Assembly (NCBI GenBank): GCA_963749705.1
Contig: CAVVNQ010000002.1
Coordinates: 192,001 to 256,000 of the forward strand
Source of the DNA: an uncultured Chloroflexia bacterium
Lineage (GTDB): Bacteria > Chloroflexota > Limnocylindria > Limnocylindrales > CSP1-4
Direction of reading: 5' to 3'
DNA: 64,000 bases
A program made the translations under genes and the position numbers. The notes beneath the pieces were generated by a model. The model saw only the letters and a program-made list of their open reading frames with translations, searched no databases and was not told the DNA's origin. Positions within the stretch are counted from its first letter, which is position 1. Every line of letters begins with the position of its first letter. This document shows, one piece after another, positions 57,700 through 64,000 of the stretch.

Positions 57700-58740
57700 A
57701 TGGAACTCGCCCAGCTCACCCAGGACCTCGAGGCGCTGCGATCGCACGCGGTCGAAGCCGCCGGCGCATCGCGCGATACCGCCGCGCTCGACGCGCTCGA
57801 GGTCGAGGTGCTGGGCAAGAAGGGCGGGCTGACCGCGATCCTGCGCGGGATCGGCGGGCTGCCGGCGGAGGACCGGCCGAAGGTCGGAGCGATCGCAAAC
57901 GAGGTGAGGACGGCCGTCGAGGCGGCCGTCGCCAGCGCCCGGACGCGGCTGGGGAGCGCGGAGCTTGCGGCTCGGCTCGCCGCCGAGGCGGTCGACGTCA
58001 CCACGCCGGGACGCCCGATCCATCGCGGCAGCCTGCACCCGATCGTCGAGACGGCTCGCGAGATCGCCCAGGTGTTCGCCCAGTTCGGGTTCGTCGTCTA
58101 CGAGGGGCCCGAGATCGAGGACGACCTCACCAACTTCCAGATGCTCAACATCCCGCCGGACCATCCGGCGCGGGACCTGTGGGACACGCTGTACCTCGAC
58201 ATCGAGGGCCGGCTGCTGCGGACCCACACGAGTCCCGGCCAGATCCGCGTGATGCACCAGGAGCGGCCGCCGATCCGGGCGCTGCTGCCCGGTCGCTGCT
58301 TCCGGTACGAGGCCGTCGACGCGAGCCACGCGTCGGAGTTCTTCCAGGTCGAGGGCCTGATGGTCGACGAGGGAACCTCGATGGCGGACCTCAAGGGGCT
58401 GCTTGACCAGTTTGCGCACGCGATGTTCGGCGCCGATCGTGCGACCCGGTTCCGCCCCGGCTACTACCCGTTCACCGAGCCGTCGGTCGCGTTCGACATC
58501 CTGTGCGTGATCTGCAACGGCGAGAAGTGCCCGGCGTGCTCGCGCACGGGCTGGATGACGATCCTGGGCGCGGGCATGGTCCATCCGGTCGTGCTGCGCT
58601 ACGGCGGGATCGATCCCGAGCGCTACCAGGGGTTCGCGTTCGGGATGGGCGTCGACCGGATCGCGAACCTGCGCCATGCGGTCGGCGACCTGCGGCTGTA
58701 CACGGAGAACGACCTCCGGTTCCTGGCGGCCTTCCGATGA
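57700..58740 (+). CDS. pheS: Phenylalanine--tRNA ligase alpha subunit
   Basis: HPARD, LLRTHTS, QVEGL, PFTEPS, GFAFGMG. Confidence 0.97.
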   Translation: MELAQLTQDLEALRSHAVEAAGASRDTAALDALEVEVLGKKGGLTAILRGIGGLPAEDRPKVGAIANEVRTAVEAAVASARTRLGSAELAARLAAEAVDVTTPGRPIHRGSLHPIVETAREIAQVFAQFGFVVYEGPEIEDDLTNFQMLNIPPDHPARDLWDTLYLDIEGRLLRTHTSPGQIRVMHQERPPIRALLPGRCFRYEAVDASHASEFFQVEGLMVDEGTSMADLKGLLDQFAHAMFGADRATRFRPGYYPFTEPSVAFDILCVICNGEKCPACSRTGWMTILGAGMVHPVVLRYGGIDPERYQGFAFGMGVDRIANLRHAVGDLRLYTENDLRFLAAFR

Positions 58741-61244
58741 GGGTCCCGATGTCCTGGCTGCGGGAGCTCGTCGACATCGACCTCACGCCGGAGCAGCTCG
58801 CGGAACGGCTGACGCTGCTGGGCATGGAGGTCCAGAAGATCGAGCGCTGGGGCGCGGACTGGGAGCAGGTCGTGACGGGCGAGCTGCTCACGGTCGACAA
58901 GCACCCACGAGCGGATCGCCTGTCGCTGACCACGGTCACCCTCGGCGACGGGCGCGAGCCGCTGTCGATCGTGTGCGGGGCGACCAACATCGCCCCGGGC
59001 CAGCGGATCCCGGTCGCGCTGCCGGGCGCGGTCCTGCCGGGCGATCGCCGGATCGAGCGGGCCGAGAAGATGGGCGTCGTGAGCAACGGGATGCTGTGCT
59101 CGGGCGAGGAGCTGCACCTGACCGGCGACGGCGACGGGATCCTGATCCTGCCCGACGACACGCCGCTGGGCGTCCCGCTCGCCGACCTGTACGGCGACGT
59201 GGTGCTCGATGTCGACGTCAAGCCCAATCGCGGCGACGCGCTGTCGATCCTGGGGCTGGCCCGCGAGGTCGCGGCCGCGACCGGGATGCCATTGCCCGAG
59301 CGGGACGAGATCGTGGTTCGCGAAGGCGACGGCCCGTCCACGGCCGATCGACTGGTGGTCGATGTCCGCGACCCCGGGCTGTGCACACGGTTCGTGGGGC
59401 GCTGGGTCAGCGGGGTGACCGTCGGGCCATCCCCGGATCGCGTCCAGATGCGGCTGCTCGCCGCCGGGATGCGACCGATCTCGAACGTCGTCGACGCCTC
59501 GAACTACGTGATGCTGGAGCTGGGCAAGCCGATCCACACGTTCGATGCCGCTCCGGTCGTCGCGGGACCGGATGGACGGGCGGCGATCGTGGTCCGCCGG
59601 GCGGCCGACGGCGAGCGGCTCGAGACGCTCGATCACGTGGACCGCGAGCTGGATCCGGAGACGCTCCTGATCGCCGGCCTCGACGGCCCCCTGGCCATCG
59701 CCGGCGTGATGGGTGGGGCGGCATCCGAGGTCTCCGAGACGACGACCGACGTGATCATCGAGTCGGCCATCTTCGATCCGGTGAGCGTGCGGCGGACCGC
59801 GCGCCGGCACGCGCTGCGGTCGGAGGCAAGCGCCCGGTTCGAGAAGGGCCAGGAACCGCGCCTCGCACGCCTGGGCGCCGACCGGACCGCGGAGCTGGTC
59901 TCCGCGTGGGCGGGTGGGACGGTTGCCGCCGGCCGGATCGACACTGCGCCGGCCGAGCCCGCGCGAGCGCGCGTGGCCTTCCGGCCGGAGCGAGTCAGCC
60001 GGCTGCTCGGCCTGTCGCTGTCGGCTGCGGACCAGCGGGATCTCCTGGGCCGGGTCGGGATCGAGACGGAGGCGCCGCGGGGGGCGGCCCAGGTCGCGGT
60101 CGCCATGGAGCCGGAGCCGCTCCAGGTCGATGCCGCACCGGGCACGTCGCTCCTTGCCATCGTGCCCACCTGGCGGCGGGACATCCTGGTCGAGGCGGAT
60201 GTCGCCGAGGAGGTCGCGCGCGTGCGTGGCTACGAGCTCGTACCGTCGCTCATCCCGGACACGCCGTTGCCGGCCTATCGTCCGTCGCCGCTGGAGGCCC
60301 GGGAGCTCATCCGTGAGACGCTGGCCGGCGCGGGGTTGACCGAGGTGATCACGACCGCGCTGGTGTCGCCGCGGCACATCGAGACGTTCGTGCTCCGGCG
60401 CGAGGTGCCCTCGGTCGACGACCAGCCGCAGCCGGGCGGTGATGCCATCGGCGTGACCAACCCGCTGTCGCGGGACCATTCGCTGCTCCGGCGGAACCTG
60501 CTGGGCAGCCTGCTCGACGTGGTCGGCACGAACCTGCGCCGGGGGACCGAGGACATCGCCGTGTTCGAGGTTGGCAAGGGCTACGCGCGGACCGGCGACG
60601 AGCCCCGCGAGTGGTGGCGCCTCGGGCTGGCGCTCACCGGCGCCGCGGAGCCGCGTGCCTGGAACCGTCCGGATCGTGCGTACGACCTGGACGATGCCAA
60701 GGGCCTGGTCGAGCTGCTCGCCGATCGCCTCGGGCTGGGCCGGCCGGCGTACCTTCCCGAGCGCGACGAGCCGCTGTTCCACCCCGGCCGCTGCGCCCGC
60801 GCCGACGTTCCCGGGCGCCTCGCCGCGATCCTGGGCGAGGCACACCCGGAGCTGGTCGAAGCCTGGGGGCTGCGCACCGGCCAGAGAGTCCTGCTGGCGG
60901 AGATTGCCGTCGACGGGCTCGCAGCCGGCCGACTCAGCCCGGAGCTCGCGTCCACGGTCGGCCGGTTCCCCGAGGTGGACCGCGACCTTGCGGTGGTCGT
61001 GCCCGACGCCACGCCCGCGGCAACGGTGGACCGCCTGCTCGCGACCCACGGCGGCGGCCTGCTCCGCGACGTGCGCCTGTTCGATGTCTACCGGGGAAGC
61101 CCGCTCGGGTCGTCCGAGAAGAGCCTCGCGTTCCGGGTCCGGTTCGGAGCCCCGGATCGGACGCTCACCGAGCCGGAGATCGATGCCGCAGTGGCGGCCA
61201 TGGTCGACGCGCTGGCGTCGATCGGCGGGCGGCTTCGTGCGTGA
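58737..61244 (+). CDS. pheT: Phenylalanine--tRNA ligase beta subunit
   Basis: HPRADRL, IVCGATN, PNRGD.LS, RFEKG, EEVARV.GY, RDLAVV, LFDVY. Confidence 0.96.
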   Translation: MRVPMSWLRELVDIDLTPEQLAERLTLLGMEVQKIERWGADWEQVVTGELLTVDKHPRADRLSLTTVTLGDGREPLSIVCGATNIAPGQRIPVALPGAVLPGDRRIERAEKMGVVSNGMLCSGEELHLTGDGDGILILPDDTPLGVPLADLYGDVVLDVDVKPNRGDALSILGLAREVAAATGMPLPERDEIVVREGDGPSTADRLVVDVRDPGLCTRFVGRWVSGVTVGPSPDRVQMRLLAAGMRPISNVVDASNYVMLELGKPIHTFDAAPVVAGPDGRAAIVVRRAADGERLETLDHVDRELDPETLLIAGLDGPLAIAGVMGGAASEVSETTTDVIIESAIFDPVSVRRTARRHALRSEASARFEKGQEPRLARLGADRTAELVSAWAGGTVAAGRIDTAPAEPARARVAFRPERVSRLLGLSLSAADQRDLLGRVGIETEAPRGAAQVAVAMEPEPLQVDAAPGTSLLAIVPTWRRDILVEADVAEEVARVRGYELVPSLIPDTPLPAYRPSPLEARELIRETLAGAGLTEVITTALVSPRHIETFVLRREVPSVDDQPQPGGDAIGVTNPLSRDHSLLRRNLLGSLLDVVGTNLRRGTEDIAVFEVGKGYARTGDEPREWWRLGLALTGAAEPRAWNRPDRAYDLDDAKGLVELLADRLGLGRPAYLPERDEPLFHPGRCARADVPGRLAAILGEAHPELVEAWGLRTGQRVLLAEIAVDGLAAGRLSPELASTVGRFPEVDRDLAVVVPDATPAATVDRLLATHGGGLLRDVRLFDVYRGSPLGSSEKSLAFRVRFGAPDRTLTEPEIDAAVAAMVDALASIGGRLRA

Positions 61245-61355
61245 CCCGGTGCGGTCGTGGGGTGTATGGCCCATTGCGACCTCGACGAGCACGCTGCTAC
61301 GCTGCGCACGGGGAACCGGCCGACCGGGGTGCGGCCGCCGTCACGAGGTACCTGC

Positions 61356-61943
61356 GTGAACGTCGCTGACTTCCTGCGATCGATCAACCTGTTCGACATC
61401 CTGGTGATCCTGGTCCTGTTCGGGTTCTTCATCGTGGGCTTCATCCAGGGCACCATCCGACGCCTGGTCGGGATTTTGTCGATCGTGTTCTCGTTCTTCT
61501 TCGCGGCCCAGGTCGAGGTCCAGCTGGGCGGCTTCCTGGGCGACAACTGGGACCAGTTCCCCCGCGAGTACGCGGCGATGATCGGGTTCCTGGCGGTGTT
61601 CGTCGCGGCAGTGGTCGCGTTCTCGCTGGTCATCCAGGGCACCTACAAGAAGGCGCCGCTGTGGGTGAAGTACCCGGCGCTCGACGAGGCGATCGGCGGC
61701 GTGCTCGGCGTCGTCCAGGGCTTCCTGCTGCTGATGTTCGTGACGATCATCCTGGACCAGTTCTTCCTGCGCCCGGGCTTCCCCGTGGATCCGGACGAGC
61801 TGCCGTTCCTGCGGGACTTCTGGAACACCGTCAACGGGTCGGGCACGGGGGCGCTCCTGCACCAGACCGTGATCCCCAACTTCATCGCGCTCACGGCGTT
61901 CCTGATCCCCGACTCGGTCAAGCTGCTGTACGGGGTCGGGTGA
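61356..61943 (+). CDS. CvpA family membrane protein
   Basis: FDILV...GFIQG.IR, DEAIGGVLG; cvpA-mutS2 neighbourhood. Confidence 0.8.
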   Translation: MNVADFLRSINLFDILVILVLFGFFIVGFIQGTIRRLVGILSIVFSFFFAAQVEVQLGGFLGDNWDQFPREYAAMIGFLAVFVAAVVAFSLVIQGTYKKAPLWVKYPALDEAIGGVLGVVQGFLLLMFVTIILDQFFLRPGFPVDPDELPFLRDFWNTVNGSGTGALLHQTVIPNFIALTAFLIPDSVKLLYGVG

Positions 61944-62690
61944 CGGTCGGCTCCGGCGGCGGCGGACCACCGCTCGGGCTCCCGTTCCCACGCCGGCTGC
62001 TGGCCGGCGACACCCTCGAGGCCGCCCGCGCCCTGCTGGGCGCATCGCCTCGTCCGGCTCTCCGAGCCGTCCGCGGGGGCGGATCCCGCGCACGCCACCG
62101 ATCGCACGGCATCTCGGCGTGTGGGACGGATCGTGGAGGTCGAGGCGTACATCGGCGAGGGCGATCGCGCGTCACACGCCCGGATGGGCCGAACCGCCCG
62201 CAACGCCGTGATGTTCGGCGATCCGGGCATCGCGTACGTGTACCTTGTCTACGGGATGTACCACTGCCTCAACGTCGTCACCGAACCGGCCGCACGACCT
62301 GCAGCCGTGCTGATCCGCGCCGTCGAGCCGGTCGCGGGCCTGGAGGCGATGCGGGCGGCGCGCGAGCGGCACGTCCGGCGGAACGCGACCGCCGCGATCG
62401 TGCCCGATGCCCGCCTTGCAGCCGGGCCCGGTCTGGTCACCGCCGCGTTCGACATCGATCGCAGCCACACCGGCATCGACCTGTGCGATCCGGCGTCGGC
62501 CGTCCACCTGGAGCTCGCGCCGCCGACGGAGCCGGCGCCCGAGGTTCTCGCCACCCCGCGGATCGGGATCGCCTACGCGGGGGAGCCGTGGGCAAGCGTC
62601 CCATGGCGGTTCGTCGTCGCGGGCAGCGGCGCGCTCTCGGGCAGAACGGCCGACCGCCGCGCCACGACGAGCGCCGTCAGCTCGTATTGA
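61940..62690 (+). pseudogene. mpg: DNA-3-methyladenine glycosylase (MPG) with +1 frameshift at ~62045 (possible sequencing error)
   Basis: [11 protein letters not shown] in the GTG 61940 frame; RLVR...[27 protein letters not shown] in the next frame; span is 3n+1. Confidence 0.85.
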
Positions 62691-62692
62691 TC

Positions 62693-64000
62693 ATGGACAC
62701 CCGCTCGACCGCCCTGCTCGAGTTCCCGGCCGTCCGGATGCGGCTGGCCGACCACACCTCGTTCCCGCCGTCGCGACGCCTCGCCGAGGCGCTCGAGCCG
62801 TCGGCCGATGTCGTGATCGTCACCCGTGGCCTGGACGAGACCGACCAGGCTCGCCAGCTGCTGCAGGATCGGCCGGGCGTCGGCATCGGGGCCGCCCACG
62901 ACATCGAGCCGTGGATCGGCCGGGCGGCGCGCAGCGGGCGCCTCGAGCCCCAGCACTTCCTCGAGATCGGCGAGACGCTCGATGCGGCGGCGCGGCTGGC
63001 CACGGCCCTTGCCGATGAGCGCCGTCCGCTGCTGCGGGAGCTCGGTCACCGGTTGCATCCGCTGCCCGCGGTCCGCAGCACGCTGGCCCGCAGCTTCGAT
63101 CCGGTGGGTGAGCTGCTGGACACGGCGTCTCCGCGCCTGGGGGGTCTGCGGGCCGCGGTGCGGGTCGCGTACGACCGACTGCGGCGGCGGCTGGACAGCC
63201 TGGTCGGGTCGGAGCTCGGCAGCGCGCTCCAGGAGCCGATCGTCACCCTGCGCAACGGTCGCTACGTGGTGCCCATCCGGGCCGAGGCGAGGAGCAGGGT
63301 CAAGGGCATCGTGCACGACGCATCGGGCAGTGGACAGACGCTGTTCGTGGAGCCGCTCGTGGTCGTGGAGCTGGGCAACGCCTGGCGCGAGGCCCAGTCC
63401 GCCGTCGAGGAGGAGGAGGGCCGGATCCTCGATGAGCTGTCGGCACTGGTCGGCGCGAACGCAACGCTGCTCCGCGAGACGCTCGAGGCGCTCGCGCAGT
63501 TCGACTTCTGGGCGGCCAAGGCGCAGCTGTCGGCCGAGCTCGACGGCGTCCGGCCCGCCCTCGCGGAGCGGACCGAGGTCGAGCTCCTGTCGGCCCGTCA
63601 CCCGGGGTTGACCGGTCGCGTCGTCCCCATCGACCTGCGCCTGGGCGACGGCTATACCGCGCTCGTGATCACCGGGCCCAACACCGGCGGCAAGACCGTG
63701 GCCCTGCGTACGCTGGGGCTCCTGTCGCTGATGCACCAGGCCGGGCTCCACGTCCCGGCGGCAGCCGGGTCGAAGCTGCCGGTGTTCCGCGACGTGTTCG
63801 CGGACATCGGCGACGAGCAGTCGATCGCGCAGTCGCTGTCCACGTTCTCGGGGCACCTGCGGTCGATCATCCGAATCGTCGAGCATGCGGGCCCGGAGAC
63901 GCTGGTGCTGCTCGACGAGCTCGGCGCCGGCACGGACCCGACCGAGGGCTCGGCGCTGGCCCAGGCGCTGCTCGACCACTTCATCCGCTCCGGCGCCCTG
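62693..64000 (+). CDS. mutS2: MutS2 ATPase/endonuclease, 3'-truncated by window edge
   Basis: LLEF, GIVHDASGSGQTLFVEP, ARHP, ITGPNTGGKT, DIGDEQSI.QSLSTFS, LDELGAGTDP. Confidence 0.95.
   Translation, partial: MDTRSTALLEFPAVRMRLADHTSFPPSRRLAEALEPSADVVIVTRGLDETDQARQLLQDRPGVGIGAAHDIEPWIGRAARSGRLEPQHFLEIGETLDAAARLATALADERRPLLRELGHRLHPLPAVRSTLARSFDPVGELLDTASPRLGGLRAAVRVAYDRLRRRLDSLVGSELGSALQEPIVTLRNGRYVVPIRAEARSRVKGIVHDASGSGQTLFVEPLVVVELGNAWREAQSAVEEEEGRILDELSALVGANATLLRETLEALAQFDFWAAKAQLSAELDGVRPALAERTEVELLSARHPGLTGRVVPIDLRLGDGYTALVITGPNTGGKTVALRTLGLLSLMHQAGLHVPAAAGSKLPVFRDVFADIGDEQSIAQSLSTFSGHLRSIIRIVEHAGPETLVLLDELGAGTDPTEGSALAQALLDHFIRSGAL

Noticed and set aside
58500-58545. CxxC...CxxC insert in PheS as a novelty
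   Set aside because: A common feature of many bacterial PheS proteins.

Overview
Very GC-rich bacterial chromosome segment of mostly core genes. Gene content (T-box-led thrS, infC-rpmI-rplT, pheST, mutS2, DUF881 pair, LPxT-like tail) fits a high-GC Chloroflexota such as Limnocylindria; this taxonomy is inference. In order: der-gpsA; tRNA-Pro(GGG); an RDD protein; a PLP decarboxylase; an M50 protease; Moco genes moeA-moaC-mogA; an EtfD/FadF-ACAD-EtfBA module; nrdR-dcd-MBL hydrolase; ccdA/tlpA; truncated haemoglobin; tRNA-Arg(CCT) with a small accessory block; TetR/MFS; a large secreted Asp-box propeller; ettA; an SBP-peptidase-DUF881 operon; tRNA-Val(GAC); thrS; infC-rpmI-rplT; pheST; cvpA; mpg; and a partial mutS2. 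The main find is a 346-aa Ala-initiated class-3 (WCT) intein with a LAGLIDADG homing endonuclease in the active-site EGK|SS motif of dCTP deaminase, in an operon preceded by tandem NrdR boxes. Other signals: an RDD protein with a Flp-pilin-like C-terminus; an orphan LQRTAGN/peptidoglycan-binding/3x95-aa TPR protein; a ~165-nt rod-shaped candidate ncRNA followed by an uncalled leaderless 53-aa ORF; many leaderless-type promoters; several inverted-repeat intergenic elements; and three single-base frameshifts that may be assembly errors. No CRISPR array, integrase or transposase was seen.
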